From Oxalobacter sp. (GTDB lineage Bacteria > Pseudomonadota > Gammaproteobacteria > Burkholderiales > Burkholderiaceae_D), in contig JAEEYE010000001.1 of the NCBI GenBank assembly GCA_016291665.1, forward strand, positions 55,021 through 119,020: 64,000 nucleotides of DNA, given 5' to 3'. Positions 41,995 to 52,643 of the stretch are shown here, piece after piece; position 1 is the stretch's first letter; every line of letters begins with the position of its first letter. The notes beneath the pieces were generated by a model. That model was not told the DNA's origin and did no database searches. It saw nothing but the letters and a program-made list of their open reading frames with translations. Both the position numbers and the translations under genes were made by a program.

Positions 41995-43167
41995 TTACTT
42001 CATCCGGTCACGCAGGAAAGATGGAATGTCATAAGTATCCATACCACCTTCTTTCAGGCCCTGTACGACATCGCCAACGGATTTAGCTCCAATATCAACC
42101 TGCGGAACTTCTTCCTGAACAGCAAGTGCAGCTGCCTCTACTGCTGACTGAGACGCTTCCTGAACCTGTGGCTGCTGTGCCTGGGTTTCGGTAGCCTTTG
42201 CAGGAGCCTTCGGCTTGAGTTTGTCCAGACCTGTTGCAACAACGGTCACGCGCAGGTCATCGCCCATGGAGTCATCGAATGCAACACCTTGGACAATCGT
42301 CGCTTCTGGAGATGCGAATTCACGGACAACCGCCATAACCTGACGGATTTCCTTACCTTTGAGGCTCTTGCTTGCGGTAACGTTAACCAAAACACCACGG
42401 GCACCAGACAGGTTGATGCCATCCAACAGAGGGGAAGAAACCGCTTCCTGAGCAGCGGTCACAGCACGGTCGGAACCTGTTGCCACAGCGGTACCCATCA
42501 TGGCCTTACCCTGTTCAGCCATAATCGTCTTCACGTCATTGAAGTCGACATTGATATGACCACGGACATTGATGATTTCAGCAATACCTGCAACCGCATT
42601 ATTCAAGACATCATCAGCATGCTGGAACCACTCAACCATGCTGTCGTCTTCATAGATTTCCTCTAGTTTCTCATTCAGAATGACAATCAAGGAGTCAACA
42701 TGCTGACTGAGTTCCTGAAGACCTTCTTCCGCCATCTCCATACACTTTGCCCCTTCGTACGAAAATGGCTTGGAGACAACTGCAACTGTCAAAGCGCCAA
42801 GGGACTTTGCAACCTCTGCAATAACCGGTGAAGCACCCGTTCCGGTACCACCGCCCATCCCGGCAGCAATAAAGACCATATGGGCACCACGCAATGCTTC
42901 CTCAATCTTGGAGCGGGATTCTTCCGCCAATTTACGACCAATGTCTGGCCGCATACCGGCTCCAAGCCCCGATTCACCAATCTGGATAACATTATCTGCA
43001 CTGGAGTGGGACAATGCCTGTGCATCCGTGTTCGCCGCAATGAATTCCACGCCAGATACCCCTTTGTTGATCATATGCTGGACAGCATTACCCCCAGCAC
43101 CACCAACGCCGACAACCTTGATGACGGTACCAAGATTGATGTTATCCTCAACCATGTCAAATTCCAT
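41995..43167 (-). CDS. ftsZ: Cell division protein FtsZ
   Basis: GVGGAGGNAV and GGGTGTG tubulin signatures. C-terminal DIPSFLR peptide. Confidence 0.98.
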   Translation of the reverse strand: MEFDMVEDNINLGTVIKVVGVGGAGGNAVQHMINKGVSGVEFIAANTDAQALSHSSADNVIQIGESGLGAGMRPDIGRKLAEESRSKIEEALRGAHMVFIAAGMGGGTGTGASPVIAEVAKSLGALTVAVVSKPFSYEGAKCMEMAEEGLQELSQHVDSLIVILNEKLEEIYEDDSMVEWFQHADDVLNNAVAGIAEIINVRGHINVDFNDVKTIMAEQGKAMMGTAVATGSDRAVTAAQEAVSSPLLDGINLSGARGVLVNVTASKSLKGKEIRQVMAVVREFASPEATIVQGVAFDDSMGDDLRVTVVATGLDKLKPKAPAKATETQAQQPQVQEASQSAVEAAALAVQEEVPQVDIGAKSVGDVVQGLKEGGMDTYDIPSFLRDRMK

Positions 43168-43231
43168 ATTTCTGCTCCTGTAATACTTCCCCCACCTTAA
43201 TCATGGGGTTGTCTAATCTTCTATAACTAAT

Positions 43232-44464
43232 TCAGATATTTCCCCAGAACCAACCCGTTAGCTTTCTAAAGAAAGCGTTGCTTGCCGTCTGCTGTGTGAC
43301 CGGTACCAACCCTTTGTCATACTGACGTTTTGCCTCAATCAAAAGCCCATGAACCGTTGAATAGCGCGGGCTGTTCACCACATCAGCAAGAGCTCCCGTA
43401 TACTGGGGGACACCCAGTCGGACAGGCCTGTCAAAAACTCGCTCAGCCAACTGCAACATACCTGGAAGCAACATCGTGCCTCCAGTCAGGACAATGCCTG
43501 ATGCAATCTGGCTTGCATAACCGGACTTTTCTATCACATCCTTTGCCAGTTTGAAGAGCTCTTCCATCCGCGACTCGATGATTGCAGCCAACAACTGACG
43601 TGGATAGCGGGAAGCTGGCTGTGTACCAATCCCAGGCGCTACAACCTGTTCATCAGGACTGACCAAAGACTGCAGGGCAACACCATAACGCAGTTTGATT
43701 TCATCTGCATCAGCGACAGGCGTACGGAAAATCATCGCAATATCGTTGGTCACCTGGTCGCCCGCAATCGGGATGACTTCCGTGTGACGGACGACACCAT
43801 CCGTGAAAATAGCCAGGTCTGTCGTACCGCCCCCGATGTCAATCAATACGGCGCCCATCTTCTTTTCATCCTGGCTCAAAACCGCATCGGCCGACGCAAT
43901 CGGCTGAAGCATCAAATCAGCCACATCCAACTTGCAACGGCGGACACACTTGATAATGTTTTCTACTGCGGCAACTGAACCTGACACAATATGCGCTTTC
44001 ACCTCAAGCCGCATCCCACTCATCCCAACCGGATCTTGGACGCCTTCATGCCCATCGACCATGTACTCTTGGGTCACTGCATGGATAAACTGCTGACCTT
44101 CCGGAAGATTCACTGACTTGGCCATTTCTTGCGCACGGTCGACATCCCACTGCGTAATTTCCTTGTTCTTCAACATGACCATGCCGGACGAATTGAAGCT
44201 TTTAATGTGCCCACCCGCAACGCCCACACACACGACATCGGCTTTAATGCCCGCCATATTCTCGGCTTCCGTCAAGGCCGCTTCAATCGACTTAACGGTA
44301 TTGTCCAAATTAACGACAACACCTTTTTTAAGCCCCTTGGAATCACTCTGTCCAAGACCAATGATTTCGTGACGCCCATCTGGGCGCACTTCGGCAATAA
44401 CCGCAACAATCTTCGATGTCCCGATATCTAACCCAACAATTGTCTTCTTTTCTTCACTCGCCAT
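43232..44464 (-). CDS. ftsA: Cell division protein FtsA
   Basis: Actin-like fold: VGLDIGTSKIVAVI and DIGGGTTDLAIF. Confidence 0.97.
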   Translation of the reverse strand: MASEEKKTIVGLDIGTSKIVAVIAEVRPDGRHEIIGLGQSDSKGLKKGVVVNLDNTVKSIEAALTEAENMAGIKADVVCVGVAGGHIKSFNSSGMVMLKNKEITQWDVDRAQEMAKSVNLPEGQQFIHAVTQEYMVDGHEGVQDPVGMSGMRLEVKAHIVSGSVAAVENIIKCVRRCKLDVADLMLQPIASADAVLSQDEKKMGAVLIDIGGGTTDLAIFTDGVVRHTEVIPIAGDQVTNDIAMIFRTPVADADEIKLRYGVALQSLVSPDEQVVAPGIGTQPASRYPRQLLAAIIESRMEELFKLAKDVIEKSGYASQIASGIVLTGGTMLLPGMLQLAERVFDRPVRLGVPQYTGALADVVNSPRYSTVHGLLIEAKRQYDKGLVPVTQQTASNAFFRKLTGWFWGNI

Positions 44465-44475
44465 AGCACAAACAC

Positions 44476-45285
44476 CTACTGAACTTCTTCCTGAGCCCCT
44501 TCTTCGGACTCGCTTTCATTATCCTGTCCACCTGCACGCGCAGCACCCTTAAGCCTTACAGCCATCCCATTGGCATAACGCATATCTATGCGGGCTATCC
44601 TGTTCCCAAACTTCTGGATCAACCTCGGATATATCTTTAAGAAACGGTCAACCATCATGGGCAGAGGACGTGGTTCCTTATCACGGCCAAATACGACCAA
44701 CATGCCGTTATCCATCCTGACAGACCACGAATAAAGGTCTGAGAGCCTGACCTCAACCGGTACCAAATTGACTTCTGCCAATCGCGTCAAAAATTCCCTA
44801 TACTGTGCCAAGACTTCACGGCCACTACCATCCGGCCCATAAAACCGTTTCAGGTTACTGTCCACGCCCGCTTCTGCCTCTGCCATATTGGCCGTAAAAA
44901 CCTCTCCTTTAGTCGACAGGAGACGCCCTTCGTCGCCCCACGTCCCCAAGGACTTATGTTCTTCAAGCGCCACAACCAACTTATCAGGCCACTCCCTGCG
45001 GACACTTGCCTTGTGTACCCAAGGAACGGCCTCAAACGCCCGACGGACTTCTTCAAGGTCTGTCGTAAAGAAATTCCCTTTGATTTCAGGAATCGCAATG
45101 TTCCTAATCGTCATGTCACTGACATGGTCAAGCTGCTTGCCATCCATTGACGAAACTTTTACAAGCTCTAGCGAATAAACCGGCCTTTTCAGCAACCAGG
45201 CGCAGACACCAACGACCACTGCCACGAAAAACAGGCAGAAGAAGAAGTTTGACAGCCTTCGCAGTAACTTGACGTTATTCCACAT
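44476..45285 (-). CDS. ftsQ: Cell division protein FtsQ
   Basis: N-terminal transmembrane helix, POTRA-like segment, dcw position. Confidence 0.88.
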   Translation of the reverse strand: MWNNVKLLRRLSNFFFCLFFVAVVVGVCAWLLKRPVYSLELVKVSSMDGKQLDHVSDMTIRNIAIPEIKGNFFTTDLEEVRRAFEAVPWVHKASVRREWPDKLVVALEEHKSLGTWGDEGRLLSTKGEVFTANMAEAEAGVDSNLKRFYGPDGSGREVLAQYREFLTRLAEVNLVPVEVRLSDLYSWSVRMDNGMLVVFGRDKEPRPLPMMVDRFLKIYPRLIQKFGNRIARIDMRYANGMAVRLKGAARAGGQDNESESEEGAQEEVQ

Positions 45286-45310
45286 TGCTCAACCAAAAAT
45301 TGACAACCTT

Positions 45311-46285
45311 TTACCGAGCATAATCCAACGTCGCGCTCTTCAGAACTTCTACGCACAAATCTGGATAATCAAGCCCCACCTGACGCGCTGCCATCGGAAC
45401 CAATGAATGTCCAGTCATCCCGGGCGAGCTATTCAATTCCAAGAGGAAATACTTACCATCACGCTCACGTAACATCACGTCAACACGTCCCCAGCCCCGG
45501 CAACCCAGCGCTTTATAGGCCTTCACAACATCTTCCTGAATTGCCTTCTCAAGACTTGCATCCAATCCACATGGGCACAAGTACTGCGTTTCATTACTGA
45601 AATACTTATTGTGGTAATCGTAATTCGCTCCCGGTGCGATAATCCTGATCATAGGCAAAGCCGTCGCAACTCCGTCCCTCTCCAATACCGCACAGGTAAA
45701 TTCCATACCAGCGATGAATTCCTCCGCTAAAACTGAAGTATCCATTTCCGCCGCTTTGGCATAGGCTTCCTCAATCTGATCTGGTGATGTTACTTTCGTT
45801 AGGCCAATTGTTGACCCCTCATGAGCAGGTTTGATTATTAACGGCAATCCCAGGTATTCAACGACCTCCAATGGATCAGAATCAGCGTGTAATTCCATGT
45901 AGCGTGGTGTCGGCAACCCTTGGGCAATCCACAGCCGTTTTGTCATAACCTTGTCCATGGCAATAGCAGACGCCATGACACCCGATCCGGTATAAGGTAC
46001 ACCGAGTACTTCAAGGAGCCCTTGGATGCAACCATCTTCACCATAACGGCCATGCAATGCAATAAAGACCCTGTCAAAGTTTTCTGCCTGAAGAGCCGTT
46101 GCATCTTTTTCACCTGTATCAAACAAATGGGCATCTACACCTTTACTTTTCAATGCTTCACAGACCGCAGCACCGGATACCAGCGACACCTTACGTTCAG
46201 CCGCCTTGCCACCATAAAGGACACCTACTTTTCCAAAATCATTTTCTTTCATTGCGCCCACCATACAATCTCCTGATGACTCCAT
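45311..46285 (-). CDS. ddl: D-alanine--D-alanine ligase
   Basis: VGVLYGGKAAERKVSL, ALHGRYGEDGCIQG and ELNSSPGMT motifs. The ATG abuts the murC stop, though an internal start (MKEND, 46252) is possible. Confidence 0.94.
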   Translation of the reverse strand: MESSGDCMVGAMKENDFGKVGVLYGGKAAERKVSLVSGAAVCEALKSKGVDAHLFDTGEKDATALQAENFDRVFIALHGRYGEDGCIQGLLEVLGVPYTGSGVMASAIAMDKVMTKRLWIAQGLPTPRYMELHADSDPLEVVEYLGLPLIIKPAHEGSTIGLTKVTSPDQIEEAYAKAAEMDTSVLAEEFIAGMEFTCAVLERDGVATALPMIRIIAPGANYDYHNKYFSNETQYLCPCGLDASLEKAIQEDVVKAYKALGCRGWGRVDVMLRERDGKYFLLELNSSPGMTGHSLVPMAARQVGLDYPDLCVEVLKSATLDYAR

Positions 46286-47692
46286 TCATTGTTCCAGTGC
46301 CTGATCTTTCAAGATGCCGGCAACCGTTGTTATCGATCCTGCACCCATCGTCATCACAACATCATCATCCCTGATAATATTGAGCAGGACTTTCGGCATT
46401 TCATTGATATCTTCAACAAAGACGGGGTTGACCTTGCCAGCCAGCCTAATTGTCCTTGCCAATGTCCTACCATCTGCCGCTACAATCGGCTGCTCCCCTG
46501 CTGCATATACTTCCCCTAAAAGCAGGATGTCCGCCCTTGAAAGCACACGTACAAAATCCTCAAACAGATCACGGGTACGTGTATAGCGATGTGGCTGGAA
46601 AGCAATAACTAAGCGTCTGTCTGGATAAGCTGCCCTGGCAGCGGCAATTGTTGCCGTCATTTCAGCAGGATGATGGCCATAATCATCAACTAAATCGATT
46701 TCAGCAGTCGTTCCATCATTTTTCTTGAGTTTCAACCTACCTAGACGCGTAAACCGCCGGTTGACACCAGTGAAATTCTCCATAGCACGCTGAATAGCCG
46801 CATCGTCCACACCCAACTCACGGGCAATTGCAATAACTGCACAGGCATTCTGGACATTGTGCATCCCTGGCTGGTTCAGCCTAACAGGCAAAGGCGCGTG
46901 CCCCTGCTGCAAAGCCGTAAAAACCATCATAGTCCCTTCGGCCCTGGCATCAACTGCACGAACATCTGCGTCTTCATGGAAGCCGTAAGTCGTAACCGGC
47001 TTAGAAACCAAAGGCAGAATCTCACGAACATTACGGTCATCGATACAAAGCATGACCCGGCCATAGAACGGCAAATTCTGTGTAAAAGAAATAAACGCCT
47101 GTTTAAGCCGTGCAAAATCGTGACCATAGGTATCCATATGATCTGCATCGATATTAGTAATAACCTCAATAACCGGCGTTAAGTTCAAAAATGACGCATC
47201 TGATTCATCCGCTTCCGCTACAATGAACTCACCCGTGCCAAGGCCCGCATTCGCACCCGCACTGTTCAACCGTCCACCAATCACAAAAGTGGGATCAAGC
47301 CCTCCCTCTGCCAAGACACTGGCTGCTAAACTGGTCGTTGTCGTTTTGCCATGCGTTCCTGCAATGGCGATACCCTTTTTCAGGCGCATCAATTCCGCCA
47401 GCATAACCGCACGCGGCACAATCGGAATATTCTTTTTACGCCCAGCCAAGACTTCTGGATTGTCTTCCTTGATTGCAGTCGATACAACGATTGCATCGGC
47501 TCCTTCAACGTTTTCCGCTTTATGGCCATGCATAACCTTGGCGCCCAAAGCGGCAAGATGACGGGTGGACGCATTGCTCGACAGGTCGGACCCCGTAATT
47601 TCATAACCGAGATTTAGGAGCACTTCCGCAATCCCGCTCATGCCACTGCCGCCTATGCCGACAAAATGGATTTTTCTAACTTTGTGTTTCAT
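46286..47692 (-). CDS. murC: UDP-N-acetylmuramate--L-alanine ligase
   Basis: [18 protein letters not shown] and [11 protein letters not shown] motifs. Confidence 0.97.
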   Translation of the reverse strand: MKHKVRKIHFVGIGGSGMSGIAEVLLNLGYEITGSDLSSNASTRHLAALGAKVMHGHKAENVEGADAIVVSTAIKEDNPEVLAGRKKNIPIVPRAVMLAELMRLKKGIAIAGTHGKTTTTSLAASVLAEGGLDPTFVIGGRLNSAGANAGLGTGEFIVAEADESDASFLNLTPVIEVITNIDADHMDTYGHDFARLKQAFISFTQNLPFYGRVMLCIDDRNVREILPLVSKPVTTYGFHEDADVRAVDARAEGTMMVFTALQQGHAPLPVRLNQPGMHNVQNACAVIAIARELGVDDAAIQRAMENFTGVNRRFTRLGRLKLKKNDGTTAEIDLVDDYGHHPAEMTATIAAARAAYPDRRLVIAFQPHRYTRTRDLFEDFVRVLSRADILLLGEVYAAGEQPIVAADGRTLARTIRLAGKVNPVFVEDINEMPKVLLNIIRDDDVVMTMGAGSITTVAGILKDQALEQ

Positions 47693-48777
47693 TTCTCATT
47701 CCCGCCTGCAACCTTTTTCAATATTGCGGCAATTGCCTCATTCGCATCCCGCCTGCCCAATGCATAGGCTTTCTGTGCCATCGCGTAGCACTTCTCACGA
47801 GTCATCCCTTCAATCAGTTCCGCAAGACGCTGAGGCGTCATTTCTTTCTGCGGCAAATGGATTGCCGCTCCTTCTGCATCCATAAACACGGCATTATCAC
47901 GCTGATGAGACGTACTCGATGCAATAAACGGCACTAAAATGCTGGCAACACCCGCAACTGTCAGTTCTGAAACCGTAATGGCGCCTGCACGGCAGATTAC
48001 CAAATCCGCCTCGGCATAACGCTCACCCATATTGTCGATGAAGTCCAGTACCTGCGCTTGAACACCAGCTGCCGCATAGTGTTCCTTTGTCCCAGCAATG
48101 TGCTGCCGCCCTGTTTGGTGGATAACTTCAGGCCTTTTTTCCTCAGGTAAGAGCGCCAGCGCTTTAGGCATACACTCGTTCAAAGCCTGGGCACCCAAAC
48201 TACCTCCAACCAGCAGAATCCGAAGCCGCCCAGTCCTACTTGGATAGCGTTCTGAAGGAACTGACACCGCCTTAATTTCCTCACGCACAGGATTACCTGT
48301 ACATACAGCCTTTGAGGCCACGTCCCCATAATTCCCAGGAAAACCAAAAAGCACATATCTAGCAGACGAAGCCAGCGCCTTGTTTGACAGTAAAAGAGCC
48401 GCATCAGCATTTACGACAACGACAGGAATTCCCTTCATTTTCGCAGCCATACCGCCTGGCACCGTAACATAGCCACCCATGCCAACCACCAGATCAGGTT
48501 TGCGACGTCCCATGATGCCAAGGCAAGACAGAAAAGCACCAATCAGCTTAAAGCCGCCGCTAATCATGTGTCCCAACCCCTTGCCACGCAGCCCTGCAAA
48601 ATCAACCGTATCAAGCGCGATGCCATGTTCAGGCACAATCCTACCTTCCATGCCGTGGTTGGTGCCAAGCCATGTCACTTCCCAACCTTCCTTTTGCATG
48701 GTTGCAGCAATAGCCAAACCCGGAAAGATATGCCCCCCGGTTCCAGCCGCCATGATAACCAGTCGCTTTGCAGCCAT
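47689..48777 (-). CDS. murG: Lipid II GlcNAc transferase MurG
   Basis: [15 protein letters not shown]-terminus. dcw position. Confidence 0.96.
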   Translation of the reverse strand: MAAKRLVIMAAGTGGHIFPGLAIAATMQKEGWEVTWLGTNHGMEGRIVPEHGIALDTVDFAGLRGKGLGHMISGGFKLIGAFLSCLGIMGRRKPDLVVGMGGYVTVPGGMAAKMKGIPVVVVNADAALLLSNKALASSARYVLFGFPGNYGDVASKAVCTGNPVREEIKAVSVPSERYPSRTGRLRILLVGGSLGAQALNECMPKALALLPEEKRPEVIHQTGRQHIAGTKEHYAAAGVQAQVLDFIDNMGERYAEADLVICRAGAITVSELTVAGVASILVPFIASSTSHQRDNAVFMDAEGAAIHLPQKEMTPQRLAELIEGMTREKCYAMAQKAYALGRRDANEAIAAILKKVAGGNEK

Positions 48778-50040
48778 TTAATTCATGCCCCCTCGTAGGA
48801 CTTTCCGGTTTTCATAGTCAATCCGTAGCAGGATTGCTAAGGCAACGCAGTTCATGACAATCCCTGACCCCCCATAACTCATCAATGGCAGCGTCAGACC
48901 TTTTGTTGGCAAAAGGCCCAAATTAACCCCCATATTGATGAAGGTCTGCACACCAATCCAAATACCAATACCCTGCGCAACCAGACCGGAATACATCCTA
49001 TCCATTGCGATGCACTGACGGCCAATCTTGAATGCCCTTTTGACAATCCAGTAAAACATGAATATCACGGCGAGGACACCGATCAGTCCTAACTCTTCAC
49101 CAACAACGGCCATGATGAAGTCGGTGTGCGCTTCAGGTAGGTAATGCAGTTTTTCAACACTACCACCAAGGCCAACACCCGTAACGCCACCACGTCCGAA
49201 AGCAATCAGAGAATGGGAAAGCTGATAACCCTTCCCCAAGGCATTGACTTCGTCCCATGGATCCAGATACGCAAAGAAGCGGGCACGGCGCCATGGCGAG
49301 AACACAATCAACATCGTAAAGAGGGAACCTAGGACACCTACCATGCCGGAAAACCAAATACGGTTAAAACCACCCAAGAAGAGAATGCCCATGGCAATGC
49401 AGAAAACCACCCCCATCGCCCCCATATCGGGTTCCAGCATCAGGAGAAGACCAACAATAATTAGGAAAAAGGCAATAGGGAAAAAGCCTTTGGTCAGGCG
49501 ATGCATGTACTGCTGGTTCCTGACCGTGAAATTGGCAGCAAAAAGCACCATCGCAAGCTTCATGATTTCTGAAGGCTGGATATTAATCACCTTCAGTGAA
49601 ATCCAGCGATGTGCGCCATTAACACCCTTACCAACACCAGGCACAAGGACAAGCACCAGAAGTACCATGGCACCAACAAAGAACCACCAGGACCATTTCT
49701 GCCACTTGTCAACATGAACCCTGAAGGCCATCCAGCCAGCGCACAATCCAGCCACCACAAAAAAGATTTGACGGCCAAAGAAATGCTCTCCCCAATAGCT
49801 TGCGTATTTTGGCGAATCTGGCAGGGCAATAGATGCAGAATAGACCATGATGATACCGAGGAGCATCAATGCTAACGAAACAAACAAAAGCGGTTTATCC
49901 CAACGCATCATCTGCGCATCGCGGGCTGCAGAAGGCTTCGCTGTTGGCGCATAAAGCCAAGCATTGAAAGACTGCTTCAACGATTGCGGTTTAAATGCCG
50001 CCAAATTCACATTCTTAAGGGTTTGGAAGAATCCCTTCAT
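48778..50040 (-). CDS. ftsW: FtsW (SEDS-family peptidoglycan glycosyltransferase)
   Basis: Polytopic membrane protein. LPEAHTDFI and PTKGLTLPLMSYGGS SEDS motifs. Confidence 0.95.
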   Translation of the reverse strand: MKGFFQTLKNVNLAAFKPQSLKQSFNAWLYAPTAKPSAARDAQMMRWDKPLLFVSLALMLLGIIMVYSASIALPDSPKYASYWGEHFFGRQIFFVVAGLCAGWMAFRVHVDKWQKWSWWFFVGAMVLLVLVLVPGVGKGVNGAHRWISLKVINIQPSEIMKLAMVLFAANFTVRNQQYMHRLTKGFFPIAFFLIIVGLLLMLEPDMGAMGVVFCIAMGILFLGGFNRIWFSGMVGVLGSLFTMLIVFSPWRRARFFAYLDPWDEVNALGKGYQLSHSLIAFGRGGVTGVGLGGSVEKLHYLPEAHTDFIMAVVGEELGLIGVLAVIFMFYWIVKRAFKIGRQCIAMDRMYSGLVAQGIGIWIGVQTFINMGVNLGLLPTKGLTLPLMSYGGSGIVMNCVALAILLRIDYENRKVLRGGMN

Positions 50041-51479
50041 GCCACACTCCCTTCTACCTTAGCTCCTATTGCCTTAACCTGCCCGACAAACACTTCTGAA
50101 CGGTGTGCATAACTTCTAAACATATCCATGCTTGCGCAGGCTGGTGACAGCAATACTGTGTCACCAACATCCGCCATGGCTGTCGCACGGTCAACCGCTT
50201 CTTCCAAGCTGTCACAATAAATTTGCATAACATCCGTCACAGACAATGCATCGTGAATGACTTTTGCGTCTTTACCAATCAAAAACACCGCCTTGACCGT
50301 CGCAGCCACCGCATCGCACAGCGGTGAAAAATCCTGTCCTTTACCGAGCCCACCTGCAATCAAGAGAAGATTTTTCTTACCTTCTTTTCCCAGACCCTTA
50401 ACTGCTGCAAGGGTTGCGCCAACATTGGTGCCTTTACTGTCATCGATGTACTTGATGCCACCAACTGTCGCAATCAACTCAACGCGATGCGGTTCACCCT
50501 GGTATTCGCGCAACGACCGGAGTAACGGTTCAAATGGCAGTCCTATTGCACGGCATAGTGCCAGTGCAGCAAGCGCATTACAGGCATTGTGCCGCCCCTG
50601 GATTTTCAATTCACTTGTCGATAGCAAGTCCTTGATGCCATCTTGTGTACCTACCGACAACCATTCCATCCCATCAACGTCATGCAACCCAAACTCACCT
50701 TCTTTTTTAGGCGCATCCGTCCCAAACGTGACATTCTGTCTATCACCATTTCCAGCCATTGCCATGACATAGCTATCCTCACGGTTCAAAACCCTAACCG
50801 TCTTTTGGCCAAACACTTTCTCCTTAGCATCGGCATAAGCTTGCATAGACCCATGCCAATCCAAGTGATCCTGCGTCACATTCAGAACAGTTGCGGCATC
50901 AGGCTCAAGTGTCTGCGTGGTAAACAACTGGAAACTAGACAGCTCAAGTACCCAAACTTCTGGCAAATCCTCTTTTTCAATACACGACAACAGCACATCC
51001 AATGCAGCAGGGGAAATGTTGCCGGCCAGCTGGACTGTTTTACCCGCCATCCGGCACATATGCCCTGTAAGGCTCGTTGTTGTCGTCTTACCATTCGTCC
51101 CTGTAACGGCAATAACGGCAGGTTGATAGCCCCTTTCCTCCGATAGCCCTGCAAGCGCCTGCGCGAAAAGCTCAATCTCACTGACAACAGGCACTCCGCT
51201 TTGAGCCGCCCAAGCAAGGATTGGCTTTAACTCAACATCTGGCCTTAACCCTGGACTGACTGCCACCATATCCATTCCGTCCAGCACCAGGTTCTCAAAG
51301 GAACCCCCTTGGAAAACACCGCCTGCAACCTGTTCCCGGAACTGTGGCAACCTGTCAGGATTTTTACGCGTGTCGGCAACAGTCACGCTGGCACCGCACC
51401 AAGCCAGCCAGCGCGCCATCGCAAGACCGGATTCTCCCAGCCCCAAGACAAGAACCTTCTTTCCAGTCATTTTCATCAT
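50037..51479 (-). CDS. murD: UDP-N-acetylmuramoylalanine--D-glutamate ligase (start trimmed to the ATGA overlap with mraY)
   Basis: [18 protein letters not shown] and [11 protein letters not shown] motifs. The ORF-track extension would run 88 nt into mraY. Confidence 0.95.
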   Translation of the reverse strand: MMKMTGKKVLVLGLGESGLAMARWLAWCGASVTVADTRKNPDRLPQFREQVAGGVFQGGSFENLVLDGMDMVAVSPGLRPDVELKPILAWAAQSGVPVVSEIELFAQALAGLSEERGYQPAVIAVTGTNGKTTTTSLTGHMCRMAGKTVQLAGNISPAALDVLLSCIEKEDLPEVWVLELSSFQLFTTQTLEPDAATVLNVTQDHLDWHGSMQAYADAKEKVFGQKTVRVLNREDSYVMAMAGNGDRQNVTFGTDAPKKEGEFGLHDVDGMEWLSVGTQDGIKDLLSTSELKIQGRHNACNALAALALCRAIGLPFEPLLRSLREYQGEPHRVELIATVGGIKYIDDSKGTNVGATLAAVKGLGKEGKKNLLLIAGGLGKGQDFSPLCDAVAATVKAVFLIGKDAKVIHDALSVTDVMQIYCDSLEEAVDRATAMADVGDTVLLSPACASMDMFRSYAHRSEVFVGQVKAIGAKVEGSVA

Positions 51480-52642
51480 TTCATCTTCAATGTTGCCAGC
51501 CCGATCATGACCAAGACAATCGTAATAATCCAAAAACGAATAACAACCTTCGTCTCTTTCCATCCCTTCTGTTCAAAATGATGGTGAAGGGGAGCCATCA
51601 GGAAAATGCGGCGGCCTTCGCCGTATTTACGCTTCGTGTACTTAAAATAGGAAACCTGCAACATCACGGAAATTGTTTCTGCAACAAAAACGCCGCCCAT
51701 GATGGCCAAAAGGACTTCCTGGCGGACGATAACGGCAAGCGTTCCCAACGCACCGCCCAGCGCCAAAGCGCCGACATCTCCCATGAACATCTGTGCTGGA
51801 TGGGCGTTGAACCAGAGGAAAGCCAACCCAGCACCTGCCATCGCACTACAGAAAATAACCAATTCATCCGTGCCAGCAATATGCGGTACTACAAAAATCG
51901 ATGCGGCATCCGGATTTCCGGACACATAGGCGAAGACACCCAATGCACCGCCCACCAGAATGGTTGGCACAATCGTCAGCCCATCCAAACCATCCGTCAG
52001 GTTGACGGCATTACTGGTACCGACAATCACAAAGTAAGTCAGAATCATGAATCCCCAGATGCCCAGTGGATAACCGAATGTTGTAATGCATGGCAGAACA
52101 AAATCCATCTGTTCAGGCAGCTTGGCGGACAACCCTGAGGATATCCATGACTTAAAGAGCGCCCAGACTTCCGCATTCGAGTGTCCCATCAGGCAAAACG
52201 CTAGGTAGACCGATGAAAAAACACCAATCAACGACTGCCAGAAATACTTTTCTTTGGAGCGCATCCCATTGGGATCCTTGTAGACAACCTTACGGTAATC
52301 GTCGACCCATCCGATTGCGCCATAGCCCAAGGTCACTAGCAGGATGACCCAGATAAAGCGATTCGACCAATCACACCAAAGCAACGTTCCAGCCGCAATC
52401 GCAATCATGATGAGGAAACCGCCCATTGTCGGCGTTCCCGACTTGACCAAGTGGGTCTGAGGCCCATCCGTACGGACTGCCTGGCCAAACTTCAGCCTTG
52501 CCAGCATACGAATCACGGCCGGCCCAGCAGCAAGCCCAACGACCAAAGCCGTCAAGGCCGCAAGGATCCCACGGATAGGCACACTTCCCGTAATACACTG
52601 CCCATCAATTCCGCTGATAATATCCGCCAACCACAGAAGCAT
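51476..52642 (-). CDS. mraY: Phospho-N-acetylmuramoyl-pentapeptide transferase
   Basis: 388 aa, polytopic. [19 protein letters not shown] and [11 protein letters not shown] motifs. Confidence 0.97.
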   Translation of the reverse strand: MLLWLADIISGIDGQCITGSVPIRGILAALTALVVGLAAGPAVIRMLARLKFGQAVRTDGPQTHLVKSGTPTMGGFLIMIAIAAGTLLWCDWSNRFIWVILLVTLGYGAIGWVDDYRKVVYKDPNGMRSKEKYFWQSLIGVFSSVYLAFCLMGHSNAEVWALFKSWISSGLSAKLPEQMDFVLPCITTFGYPLGIWGFMILTYFVIVGTSNAVNLTDGLDGLTIVPTILVGGALGVFAYVSGNPDAASIFVVPHIAGTDELVIFCSAMAGAGLAFLWFNAHPAQMFMGDVGALALGGALGTLAVIVRQEVLLAIMGGVFVAETISVMLQVSYFKYTKRKYGEGRRIFLMAPLHHHFEQKGWKETKVVIRFWIITIVLVMIGLATLKMK

Positions 52643-52643
52643 T